Virus record (IMG/VR): IMGVR_UViG_3300031555_004524
Span: 160,001 to 224,000 of that record
Direction: 5' to 3' (one strand)
Length of the DNA: 64,000 bases
From: a virus
Taxonomy: Duplodnaviria > Caudoviricetes
Notes under the pieces: generated by a model
The model's database searches: none
Seen by the model: the letters and a program-made list of their open reading frames with translations, nothing else
What the model was told of the DNA's origin: nothing
Part shown: piece after piece, positions 40,110 to 49,653 of the stretch
Numbering within the stretch: position 1 is the first letter of the stretch
Layout: the number at the start of each line of letters is the position of its first letter
Program-made: the position numbers and the translations under genes

Positions 40110-41126
40110 TTAATATTTATCCCTATTTAATCTAATATGTTTATAAGCTTCAGTTGCAGAGCTTCCACCATGATATCCAATACTAGCAGCAATCTTCTGA
40201 ATATTCTCTGCTGTTTCGATAGATTCTACAGGTATATGATATTTTCCATGATGTCTATAAGCTACTAAATATAAGTTTTCGTGAATGTCGGAAACTAATA
40301 CATAGTCTTTTTTAATTTTAGTTAAATCTATATCTTTCTTAAATTTAACCACTAATGATTCTGTTATATTCTTACATAATAAAGATTCCAATACAGATTT
40401 ATTTTCTGCTGATAGATTACTATCTTCATCTTTACCTAAATCTATATCTAACGGGAATATACCGAATCCTCTGTGTATATCATACATAAAATTATTACTT
40501 GCCAGTAGACCTTTTAAACTTTTACAATATCCGTCTACCATGTTTTCGTTTTTAGTGAAATTGAAATATATATCTCCCCCTCTGGATTTAGAGACATATC
40601 TTAAATGATCCATAAATAATGTATATAATACATTATCATATAATTTAGTTTTAATCAAAGATAAAATACTATCTAAAGTATCATCGATATAAATTGCAAC
40701 TCTGTCTGCACTTTCTAACCCATCACATGCCATAACTTGCTGCAAGTTTACACCTTCAGGTGCAGTATCTTTAGATATACTTATTCCACAATATTGCATT
40801 TGTGGAGAAATAGAGTTTGTAAAGAAATCTGTAATATTTTGTCTACAAACTATATATGGGATTGGCTCTTTTGTATCTATTTCTTCTTTTTTTCTATATA
40901 CTAATATAATTACATCTTCTAGATTTTTAATCTTTACTATATTAAACATTACGAATGCATCTGCAGATAATAATGTATAATTTTCTTCTAATTCTTTATA
41001 AGTTAATATAATTTTTTCTCCATCTTCTTCTCGTATAGCTTTAATTTTATCTGGATTCTTTTCGGATATGATTCTTATAATATTTATATCTTTATCGAAA
41101 TACTTAGATCCTAATATGATATTCAT
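40110..41126 (-). CDS. hypothetical protein
   Basis: AAGGAGG RBS; 338 aa. Confidence 0.7.
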   Translation of the reverse strand: MNIILGSKYFDKDINIIRIISEKNPDKIKAIREEDGEKIILTYKELEENYTLLSADAFVMFNIVKIKNLEDVIILVYRKKEEIDTKEPIPYIVCRQNITDFFTNSISPQMQYCGISISKDTAPEGVNLQQVMACDGLESADRVAIYIDDTLDSILSLIKTKLYDNVLYTLFMDHLRYVSKSRGGDIYFNFTKNENMVDGYCKSLKGLLASNNFMYDIHRGFGIFPLDIDLGKDEDSNLSAENKSVLESLLCKNITESLVVKFKKDIDLTKIKKDYVLVSDIHENLYLVAYRHHGKYHIPVESIETAENIQKIAASIGYHGGSSATEAYKHIRLNRDKY

Positions 41127-41154
41127 ATCACATTTCCTCCTTTTTTCTCTCTAA

Positions 41155-41166
41155 TATGTAGTTGTT
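41155..41166 (-). promoter_or_regulatory. late promoter AACA-N6-TA
   Basis: AACA ACTACA TA. Confidence 0.7.
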
Positions 41167-41189
41167 AGTGCTATTATAATCTACTATGA

Positions 41190-41219
41190 GCAGTATAGAG
41201 GATTATACCCCTATACTGC
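41190..41219 (-). terminator. hairpin terminator
   Basis: GCAGTATAG/CTATACTGC stem after stop at 41226. Confidence 0.7.
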
Positions 41220-41225
41220 ACATTA

Positions 41226-43535
41226 TTAACCATTTATACAACGATTATAAAATTCACTTAAACTTAGGCACTGAAGTTTTCCTTCTTCCATCTTCTCATT
41301 AATATAATCTACAATTGACTCAAATATTACCTTAGTAGCATTTACTTCATCTCCATATTCAGTAACATCCCTTATTGTAAAAGCTACAGATAATCCATTT
41401 CTAATAATATAATCTATTCTAGTTTTTATATCATCAAATGTTACTAAATTACTTATTAGCTGGCTAGGAATAACAAAATCCTTATCAGTGAAATTAGCAA
41501 TGTATCCAGTTGAAGTTGCTTTAGCAATTTTAAATCCTAAATCTTTTAAGATAGGGATTGTTATAGGCATAACTATACCACGAGATCCACTATATGAAAT
41601 AGGACTATAAATTACATTATCTTCGAGATGCATTTTAGTTTTCTTTAATGCTTGATATTGATTTCTATAGTTATCATTTTCTAATAATAATTCTTTATTA
41701 GGATAGCAACTATTAGCTCCAATATCCCAACCATGAGCTACTCTTTGCCCTATAATGCTATCATATTCTTCATTTTCTAATACTCTAGACCCATTCATAA
41801 AAATAGTAGCAGGTATATTTGATTTTGTTAAATATGGATATAAATAGTCTGCTCCCACTTCTCTGAATTCTTCTATACTAAGAATAATAGTAGGTTTCAT
41901 TCTCTGATTAAATGCAAATGCGCTTAGATAGAATGATAACCCAGACATATAAGAATTTGCATGTACAATAATACTTGCAGTCTTCAGGTGATATAAATCT
42001 GGAGTTCCAATTACAATAAAATCATCTATACTTCTACATACAGTATTCCATCCCTGTACCATTTCATCTTTCATGATTGTATATGAATAATAATTGCTAT
42101 TAGGGTTTGATGGAATATCGCTACATAATACGAATTCTAATCCTTCATTTTCTCCGAATTGTTCATATGTAGGTTTATCTATATAGAAGCATACACTCGC
42201 AGTTTTAACTTCTTCTGGCGTAGAATCTAAAATCTGCTTAATATGTAATTCAGAATCGCCAATAGTTATTTTTTTACTATTAACTCCATTTCTGATAAAT
42301 TCATACTCTCCATTTGTAATAGTACCAGAACTTTCAGAGGTTACTATTTCACATGTATCACATAATTGTATCATTCCGTAATCTTCCATTAAGCCGCATC
42401 TATCCACTACAGTACCTAAAGATATTTCTATATCTTCTATTCTTTTAATAATAGCTTCTGTCGTAGTTTTATTATCCAGATATGTAATTGCCATATTGAT
42501 ATTGGAATCCACACAATAAAAAATATAATCTTCAGAATGTAAAATAAATGTATCTCCAATATTAGGAGAATAATATTCTCTATAAAATGGTCTATATTCA
42601 CTAATTTCATATGGGCACAGCATTAAATTAGAAAATGAAACAGATGTGTTATGAATAAGATTAGCAGTTTTATATACGAATCCAATATGAGTAAATGGTT
42701 TAACTGCATCAAATTCAAATACTGATTGATGAGAATAATTAATTTCAGATATAGATCCATCGGTATTATGTAATCTTAATACTATATGTCTATCAGCAAA
42801 TATATCATCATATCTAACGATAGATTTCAGCCAATAATGGCCATTTCTTGCAGATGCTACTTCGAATATTATTTCTATAGACTCTTCAGATGTAAGATTT
42901 AAAGTCTGTGTATATTTGAAACCATTATCTACAATTTGAATTTTTTCTAAACTATTGCCAGTGTGATGCAAAGTTTTACAGTTTAATAAGTTTTTATCTT
43001 GAACTATTATTGCTTTTTCTAATATTTTATTAACGCTAAGATCTACAGGACTTATGAATAACTCCACATTCCCTCTAAATCCATCCAACTGTATTTCATT
43101 TGCAACTATAGTTTTCTTCAATGTAGATAAATATGATATATCGGATATTCTTCTCTCATCATTAAATCTTTCATTTAACGTTACATTGTCTCCTCTAGCC
43201 TCAACAATTTCAGGATCTTTACCTTCAATATCAGCCGACAATATGAGATTATTAATTCTTTTTCTAAGCTCAATTACATCTTCAGCTGGTGCTCTTAATG
43301 AAATAGCTAGAAAAAGTTCATCCTGCAATTCTTTTATTTTAGCACTTGTATAGAAATAATCTCTACTAGGATCGATAAAATCTCCAGCAAATGCTTTTTT
43401 AAATTCTTTAACCGTAGTCTTTTTTGTATCTTCAATGTCTTCTACAATAATTAAATTATCGTTTTCTACATTGAGTTTTTCATATAACTCTTCGATATGT
43501 ATATATCTATTAGATGGTGTTGATGATGCACTCAT
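41226..43535 (-). CDS. tail appendage with C-terminal polysaccharide-deacetylase-like domain (degenerate)
   Basis: shared N-terminal anchor; EIVEARG..TLNERF tail motif; IPATIF, GWDIGANS, LGFKIA NodB-like pattern. Confidence 0.7.
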   Translation of the reverse strand: MSASSTPSNRYIHIEELYEKLNVENDNLIIVEDIEDTKKTTVKEFKKAFAGDFIDPSRDYFYTSAKIKELQDELFLAISLRAPAEDVIELRKRINNLILSADIEGKDPEIVEARGDNVTLNERFNDERRISDISYLSTLKKTIVANEIQLDGFRGNVELFISPVDLSVNKILEKAIIVQDKNLLNCKTLHHTGNSLEKIQIVDNGFKYTQTLNLTSEESIEIIFEVASARNGHYWLKSIVRYDDIFADRHIVLRLHNTDGSISEINYSHQSVFEFDAVKPFTHIGFVYKTANLIHNTSVSFSNLMLCPYEISEYRPFYREYYSPNIGDTFILHSEDYIFYCVDSNINMAITYLDNKTTTEAIIKRIEDIEISLGTVVDRCGLMEDYGMIQLCDTCEIVTSESSGTITNGEYEFIRNGVNSKKITIGDSELHIKQILDSTPEEVKTASVCFYIDKPTYEQFGENEGLEFVLCSDIPSNPNSNYYSYTIMKDEMVQGWNTVCRSIDDFIVIGTPDLYHLKTASIIVHANSYMSGLSFYLSAFAFNQRMKPTIILSIEEFREVGADYLYPYLTKSNIPATIFMNGSRVLENEEYDSIIGQRVAHGWDIGANSCYPNKELLLENDNYRNQYQALKKTKMHLEDNVIYSPISYSGSRGIVMPITIPILKDLGFKIAKATSTGYIANFTDKDFVIPSQLISNLVTFDDIKTRIDYIIRNGLSVAFTIRDVTEYGDEVNATKVIFESIVDYINEKMEEGKLQCLSLSEFYNRCING

Positions 43536-43572
43536 TTATATATCCATCCTTTCTTTCTAATATATTCGATTT

Positions 43573-43584
43573 TAACTTAATGTT
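43573..43584 (-). promoter_or_regulatory. late promoter AACA-N6-TA
   Basis: AACA TTAAGT TA. Confidence 0.75.
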
Positions 43585-43618
43585 TTCCTATTATCCATAT
43601 AACGAGTTATTACCAAAA

Positions 43619-43653
43619 AAAAATAAAGTAGGAAATATTCCTACTTTATTTTT
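43619..43653 (-). terminator. intrinsic terminator
   Basis: 16-bp inverted repeat with A/T runs. Confidence 0.75.
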
Positions 43654-43659
43654 ACTGAT

Positions 43660-44364
43660 TTAGACCATTGCTGGTCCGTGTGGAATTGGCTGCATTGGTT
43701 TGATAAATGGAACTCCTTCATGGATCAACTGTGGCTGCGCATTTGTTGCATTCTGTTTAGCCTCAGCAGCTGCAATATTCTGTGCAATAGTTGATCCTGT
43801 AACAGGTATCTGTTTTTCACTCTCAATATTCTGAGAGCTCTGTAATCTAATCATAAGATCATTTGCAGATGATACCATTGATGTCATCACAAGTGACATT
43901 GCTGAAATAGCATCCGGAATACTATTTAATTCTCCAATAAGCTGTGCTTTTTCTTCTGGTGTCATCGCTGCAATTTTTTCGTCAGTGTATTCATCGAATA
44001 CACCTGAAAATACTTCTTTGATATTTTCTTCGAATTCATCTGGAGTTAATTCTTTTGAACCATTTTTCTTTCTTTCTGCATCTCTTTTAGCTTTCTTTTC
44101 AGCAGCTTCAATCTCTTCAAAAAATGCATCACACTCTTCTACAGTGTTGAATCCCATTGCTTTTGCAAAACGTTCAGATGTTTTATTTTCAGAATCATCA
44201 TCGTTGTTTGAATCATATCGTCGAGAATGTTCTGTTATTGAAGATTTTAAATCTCTACTTACAATTGCCGCTTTTCCTTTAGCTCCGTAGTATGCTGATA
44301 CTACATTATTACTTATAAAACCTCCGATACCACCTACGTTATCTAATGCTTTTAAAATACCCAT
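43660..44364 (-). CDS. hypothetical protein (early)
   Basis: AAGGAGG RBS; early box upstream. Confidence 0.7.
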   Translation of the reverse strand: MGILKALDNVGGIGGFISNNVVSAYYGAKGKAAIVSRDLKSSITEHSRRYDSNNDDDSENKTSERFAKAMGFNTVEECDAFFEEIEAAEKKAKRDAERKKNGSKELTPDEFEENIKEVFSGVFDEYTDEKIAAMTPEEKAQLIGELNSIPDAISAMSLVMTSMVSSANDLMIRLQSSQNIESEKQIPVTGSTIAQNIAAAEAKQNATNAQPQLIHEGVPFIKPMQPIPHGPAMV

Positions 44365-44428
44365 AATTATCCTCCTTCTAAATATATATTTTTTGTGTAT
44401 TATGAATACTTTTTATTATTTCACTATT

Positions 44429-44436
44429 ATAATATG
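44429..44436 (-). promoter_or_regulatory. early-type promoter CATATTAT
   Basis: TAGCATATTATAATA context. Confidence 0.5.
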
Positions 44437-44500
44437 CTATTATTTTTTATTACTTTTACATCAAATATACACTCTAAAAGCCTGTAAAATGACCCATGGA

Positions 44501-44512
44501 AACATTTTATTA
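44501..44512 (+). promoter_or_regulatory. late promoter AACA-N6-TA
   Basis: AACA TTTTAT TA. Confidence 0.75.
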
Positions 44513-44542
44513 ATATTTAGGATAGGAGGAGGATAGTATATC

Positions 44543-46351
44543 ATGGATAAGATTGATGGAATAAAAATTGGAGATCTTCTCCAAAAAAAATCTTTATTAG
44601 AAACTGATATCCTCATTATCGAAGACTCAGAAAATACTAAAAAAGTTACGCTAAAGGACTTTGTTGTGAGTATTATTAAAGACAACGAAGCTCCTGCTAA
44701 TTTTAGATTATATTCATCATTCAAAATAGATGAATTATTCAAAGAAATATCAAATAAACTTGAAATTGAACTTGGTAGAGTTTCTGGCGGATATGAAGAA
44801 GTCATGGGAGTGTTAGCCAAGAGATCAGAGTTAGATGATTTGAAAAAATATGTAGATGATGCTTTAGGTAAAAAATTAAGCACAGACGTTGCTATGGAAG
44901 CATTAGAATCAAAACGTGATAAAAACGTTCTAATCAAGTCAGAAGATTTGGATACATCTTCTGATGCAGTCAAGATAAAAATCAAAAATTTATCTAAAGA
45001 AGTAATAGATTCAATGACAGGTGCAACTCCAATTCCTGTAAGTAAAGCTCCTGCTAGTGGATGGGCTACTGAAGATATTGCTAATAGAGCTATTATTGCG
45101 TCAAAATTAAGTGAAACTTATAGATTCGTTCAGCATTCTACGTCTGGTAATATTAATGAATTCATCAAAGATGGATTATACACATTAGGCCCAAATGTAA
45201 CAGGGTTACCTAAGATGGATGAAGATGATGAAGAAATTAGAATATTAGATGTAATAGCTGCGAATAATTATATTATTCAGACAGTTTATTATTCTAATGA
45301 TTATGAAGAAAGACCAATTTATAGAAGAAAATGTAATATAAATAGGATACATGTTGCCGAATTTAAAGAAATTCACGAAGTATCTTCTGAATTTAAAATT
45401 GGTAGAAATATGCTCAAAGAAGAGTATAATAATAATGGAATAGTATCGACTGGTAATATATATAAATATAGAGATGAAGGTAATTATTACATGGAATCTA
45501 CAGTAGAAGGGTTACCATCAAATGACTCTGATTATTTAGTTGAAGTGAAAAAATATGGTGAAAGCTATATCTACACTGCAGAAAAAATATCATCCAGTGA
45601 ATGCATAGTATATCACAGTATATTGTATTTCCAAGCTGGATATTTACCAATAAATTCAGATTGGTACACAATAAGTACTACATCAAAATCTAAATTTGAT
45701 GGAAAACGTGTATATTTATTCGGAGATGAAATATTATTTGGATCTGGATCTAGTGATATGAATACTAAATCTATTGCTAGTATACTCACCAATAAGTATG
45801 GTATGATAGTCTATAATAGATCTATTGTTGGAGCTACTCTTGGTAATTATGGAGATGAGCATATTTCCCAATCAAGTGTATTAAAACAGATTGAAACAAC
45901 TCCAATAGATAATGCTGATTATGTTATAGTATTAGCAGGTACAGAAGATTGGCGATTGGAAATTTCTGAATTAGGAATTAATGATAATAAATATGAAACT
46001 AATGATTCTTCTTTTAAAGGGTCAGTAGCATTAGCTATTAAATCTATATTGGAAAAGAATCCTACTGTTAAGATTTTATTCTGTACTCCAATATTTAGAA
46101 GTCGTATAAATTATGGAGATGGAAAAAATTCAGATACAACTGCTGTTAATGATGTATATTTGCACGAATATGCAGATGCTATGATAGACATATGCAATGC
46201 TCATCATGTTCCAGTATTAAATATATATACTAATAGTATGATAAATCAATATACCGCTGATACGTATTTGAGAGATGGTTTGAATCTTAACGATGCTGGG
46301 AACGCATTAATTGCAGATAAGATCGTTAGCGGATTATCATTTTATTATTAG
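44543..46351 (+). CDS. tail appendage with C-terminal SGNH/GDSL-like domain (degenerate)
   Basis: VYLFGDEI, NRSIVGAT, AGTEDW, DGLNLNDAG blocks; shared N-terminal anchor. Confidence 0.75.
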   Translation: MDKIDGIKIGDLLQKKSLLETDILIIEDSENTKKVTLKDFVVSIIKDNEAPANFRLYSSFKIDELFKEISNKLEIELGRVSGGYEEVMGVLAKRSELDDLKKYVDDALGKKLSTDVAMEALESKRDKNVLIKSEDLDTSSDAVKIKIKNLSKEVIDSMTGATPIPVSKAPASGWATEDIANRAIIASKLSETYRFVQHSTSGNINEFIKDGLYTLGPNVTGLPKMDEDDEEIRILDVIAANNYIIQTVYYSNDYEERPIYRRKCNINRIHVAEFKEIHEVSSEFKIGRNMLKEEYNNNGIVSTGNIYKYRDEGNYYMESTVEGLPSNDSDYLVEVKKYGESYIYTAEKISSSECIVYHSILYFQAGYLPINSDWYTISTTSKSKFDGKRVYLFGDEILFGSGSSDMNTKSIASILTNKYGMIVYNRSIVGATLGNYGDEHISQSSVLKQIETTPIDNADYVIVLAGTEDWRLEISELGINDNKYETNDSSFKGSVALAIKSILEKNPTVKILFCTPIFRSRINYGDGKNSDTTAVNDVYLHEYADAMIDICNAHHVPVLNIYTNSMINQYTADTYLRDGLNLNDAGNALIADKIVSGLSFYY

Positions 46352-46375
46352 TAATTATGAAAGGAGAAAGTTACT

Positions 46376-47611
46376 ATGGATGACGTAAAAATCCGCGAAC
46401 TTCCGCATAAATCGAAATTAAGTAGTTCTGATTTAGTTGTAATAGAAACTAATGATGGAACACAAGTAGCAAACGTTAATACTTTTAAATCATTACTCGA
46501 CACAGCAACAGTTTTTGAAACATTATATGATATGAGAGAGGCAGATTTAGAAGAGGGATTAACATGTATCACTCTTGGTTATAGGACAAGAGGTGATGGA
46601 GGGGCAGCTCAATATATAATTACATATAATCCTACATTGAAACCAAATGGGTACGATGTAATTAAACTTAACACATCTGATACATTACGAGCAGTATTTA
46701 TATCACTCACAGGAACAGTAACTCCAGAACAGTTTGGCGCTAAAGGTGATGGGTCTAAAGATGACAGTATTGCTATTCAAGCATGTATAGATTCTGGTCT
46801 CCATGTTTTATTTAAACCAAATGCAAAGTATTGCATACATACTCCATTAGAGTTAAAATCTAATACATATTTGGACTTAAATGGATGCACATTACTCCCA
46901 GTAGTTTGTGATGTATTTACTCTAAAATCCTCACAGTCAGAGGCTGCACTAATATCTAATTTATCAGAATCTGATATTATTGGTAATATTCATATTACAA
47001 ACTTTACCGTAGATATTAGAGATGGATTAAGTGCAATAAAATTTTGCAATAGAGTTTTATCAAATATTATTATCGATAATTTTAGAATACTAAATACTAA
47101 TAGACATGCAATAGAAGTTAGTATAGTAAATCAACTCGCTGTTAAAAATGGATATATTTCAGGTAATCCAGAATTTAATACATCTATTATTTATAGTGAT
47201 ATTTCATTCTTGGGAGATGAAGTTCCATCAGCAAATATGAGTATGACATCTATAGTTATAGATAATATTCATGCTAAAAATATCGGAACCATTGTTCAAT
47301 CTGAAAAGGCAAGTGACAGTGCAGATGTTATAGATAATATTAGAATCAGAGATATAAATTATTATTCCGATACATTACTTGCAAATTCTTGCATATTTAA
47401 GTCATTAGGTGGGAATAATACTAATGTGACAATATCTGATATATATGCTAAAAATATTTCATACATTGCAGATTCCATAGCACATGGAGTTTGTAATATA
47501 TCTAATATTCAAGGAACTAATGTGTCATCAATATTATCACATATAGCATCTTTGGAAACTAATGATATGGTATATAATATAGCTGACACTATAAATATAA
47601 CTACATCATAG
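46376..47611 (+). CDS. tailspike-like beta-helix protein (pectate lyase 3-like)
   Basis: TLGYRTRGDGGAAQY and VTPEQFGAKGDGSKDDSIAIQACID. Confidence 0.8.
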   Translation: MDDVKIRELPHKSKLSSSDLVVIETNDGTQVANVNTFKSLLDTATVFETLYDMREADLEEGLTCITLGYRTRGDGGAAQYIITYNPTLKPNGYDVIKLNTSDTLRAVFISLTGTVTPEQFGAKGDGSKDDSIAIQACIDSGLHVLFKPNAKYCIHTPLELKSNTYLDLNGCTLLPVVCDVFTLKSSQSEAALISNLSESDIIGNIHITNFTVDIRDGLSAIKFCNRVLSNIIIDNFRILNTNRHAIEVSIVNQLAVKNGYISGNPEFNTSIIYSDISFLGDEVPSANMSMTSIVIDNIHAKNIGTIVQSEKASDSADVIDNIRIRDINYYSDTLLANSCIFKSLGGNNTNVTISDIYAKNISYIADSIAHGVCNISNIQGTNVSSILSHIASLETNDMVYNIADTINITTS

Positions 47612-47645
47612 CACAATGTAGAATAAGGGAAGGTGAATAATAGTT

Positions 47646-48080
47646 ATGGCTGATAATGTTGGTCTCATTAGAGACGAGAAACGAATACATGAATTGGAAG
47701 GACTTACTAGACTTAGAGATGATGCGTATTTTGTAGTAAGTCAAGATAATTTAACTAGAAAAGTTACACTTCTTAGTTTAAGATTAGCATTTATAGCAGA
47801 AGAGGCTCATGAATCTAAATTTTATACATCTGAAATGATAGATCAAAAAATTACTATACTTAATAAGAAGATATTAGATTTATCTAACTTATTACATGAT
47901 CAATCTAGCATTTTAAGTGATATAAAAAATGATATCAATATCAATAAGCAGGATATTATTGATATACGAAAAGCTATTGAAGATATCCATAAAAGAATTG
48001 ATACGCTATATTCATGGGGAACAGCTATTCCTACTACATTGGAAACTGGAAAATTATACTTCCAATATTTTATAAACTAA
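47646..48080 (+). CDS. short tail-fibre-associated coiled-coil protein
   Basis: shared anchor, coiled coil, C-terminal WGTAIPTTLETGKLYFQY. Confidence 0.65.
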   Translation: MADNVGLIRDEKRIHELEGLTRLRDDAYFVVSQDNLTRKVTLLSLRLAFIAEEAHESKFYTSEMIDQKITILNKKILDLSNLLHDQSSILSDIKNDININKQDIIDIRKAIEDIHKRIDTLYSWGTAIPTTLETGKLYFQYFIN

Positions 48081-48105
48081 TTAAAACATTGGAGGTGAAT
48101 AGGAT

Positions 48106-49605
48106 ATGGGAGCTTATCAATATACCAGTAGAAAATCCACTCCATCAGATGCGTCCTGGATGTGGGTTCATGGAGAAAGATCTACTGTTCAATTAAATGA
48201 AGCTGGAAATGCGTGGAAATTTACAATCACCATTTCAGTAAATAACTCATATAGATTAAACGTTCGTAATTGGAATAACTCTGCAACTAAAGCTAAACAT
48301 TCTAAAATGATAGTTACCCTTAGAGAAGAATCGTCAACAGGTAAAATTATAGGTACCGCATCAGTAAATTTTAGAAATACACCGATGACCGGTGTTGATT
48401 TGACCAAAACAATGGCTACTGTTACCATTGATAATATAAAAGGTGTTGCACAAAGAGTATATGTTGAGATACATGCAAATCTAAGAGGTGTATATGGTAC
48501 TAATGGAAAACCTGGTGTTTACTATGTATCTAAAAATAAAAATATCACAGATTTATATGAGTATGGATATTTTGATGTATCCGATATTCAATTAGATAGT
48601 AAACCAGTTTTATATAATCTTCAGAATGATAATAAATATAATGGTCAAGATGGGGTATCTGCTTCAGCTAACAGTATTAGTATAAAATGGGCATTGTTGG
48701 ATGGGGATGCACCTACGAGTTCTCAGTATAGATTAAATGGCGGAGCTTGGCAAAGCGCAGACAATTTATATGATACTGATATAACTGGGTTAGTAGCGTA
48801 TACTACCTATAATATAGACGTAAGAGGGTCCAATGATGCAGGTACTAGTGATATCATAAGTATAACAATACGAACTCTAGCAAACCCACCTACGGTAACA
48901 TTGAAATTGATAGATGAACTGTTAGAAGAGTTGAAATATACATGGACAGCTAATGTGGAATGTTCCAATATGGAATATAAATATATTGTAACTGGGAATA
49001 CAACTGAAAAGAGTAGTACTGTTAATAATGCTAAAACTGGTGATATTTCGATACAAGATCTAGAACCAAATATGACTGTAATAGTAGCAGTTAGAGTTAA
49101 ATCAACTGATAAGTATGACGGTTTATGGAGTTCTTATACTGATTATGTAGAAGGAACTACAGATAAGATAGCAGAATTAACATCAGATCCAAATATTATA
49201 TTTGGGGATACTTTTGTTTTAACTAAAATAAATCCATCTGGAAATTTGAATAGAATTGAAGTAGAAGCTGGAGATGATTATGTGCATATATTTACTATAG
49301 ATCCAGCTTTAAATTCAATAAATCATGTTCCTACAGATTCTGAGTTAGATAAAATGTATAGACAATATAAAAATACAAATACAATTCCAATTAGATATAA
49401 AGTAATAACACTTGGTAAGGTGAAAGAATATTCTCATGTAAGTGATGGAACTGTGACACTAACTGGAAATATGAAAACTTCACATGTTGGCGTAACAAAT
49501 ATTCCTAGAAGATGCAAAATTTGGATAGGAGATGAGGATAAAATACCTAGACGGTGTGTTGCTTGGATAGGTGATGAAAATGGAATTGCTAGAAGATGTA
49601 TATAA
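48106..49605 (+). CDS. tail fibre/accessory protein with fibronectin type III domains
   Basis: ITGLVAYTTYNIDVRGSNDAG and DLEPNMTVIVAVRV; duplicated C-terminal RRCxxWIGDE. Confidence 0.7.
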   Translation: MGAYQYTSRKSTPSDASWMWVHGERSTVQLNEAGNAWKFTITISVNNSYRLNVRNWNNSATKAKHSKMIVTLREESSTGKIIGTASVNFRNTPMTGVDLTKTMATVTIDNIKGVAQRVYVEIHANLRGVYGTNGKPGVYYVSKNKNITDLYEYGYFDVSDIQLDSKPVLYNLQNDNKYNGQDGVSASANSISIKWALLDGDAPTSSQYRLNGGAWQSADNLYDTDITGLVAYTTYNIDVRGSNDAGTSDIISITIRTLANPPTVTLKLIDELLEELKYTWTANVECSNMEYKYIVTGNTTEKSSTVNNAKTGDISIQDLEPNMTVIVAVRVKSTDKYDGLWSSYTDYVEGTTDKIAELTSDPNIIFGDTFVLTKINPSGNLNRIEVEAGDDYVHIFTIDPALNSINHVPTDSELDKMYRQYKNTNTIPIRYKVITLGKVKEYSHVSDGTVTLTGNMKTSHVGVTNIPRRCKIWIGDEDKIPRRCVAWIGDENGIARRCI

Positions 49606-49615
49606 AAATAAAAAT

Positions 49616-49643
49616 AGAGAATACCCATAGTTGGGTATTCTCT
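49616..49643. terminator. bidirectional terminator
   Basis: 12-bp inverted repeat between convergent genes. Confidence 0.8.
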
Positions 49644-49653
49644 TTTATCTGTT

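Noticed and set aside
48085-48096. AACA upstream of the FN3 gene as a late promoter
   Set aside because: Followed by N6-GT, not TA; overlaps the RBS
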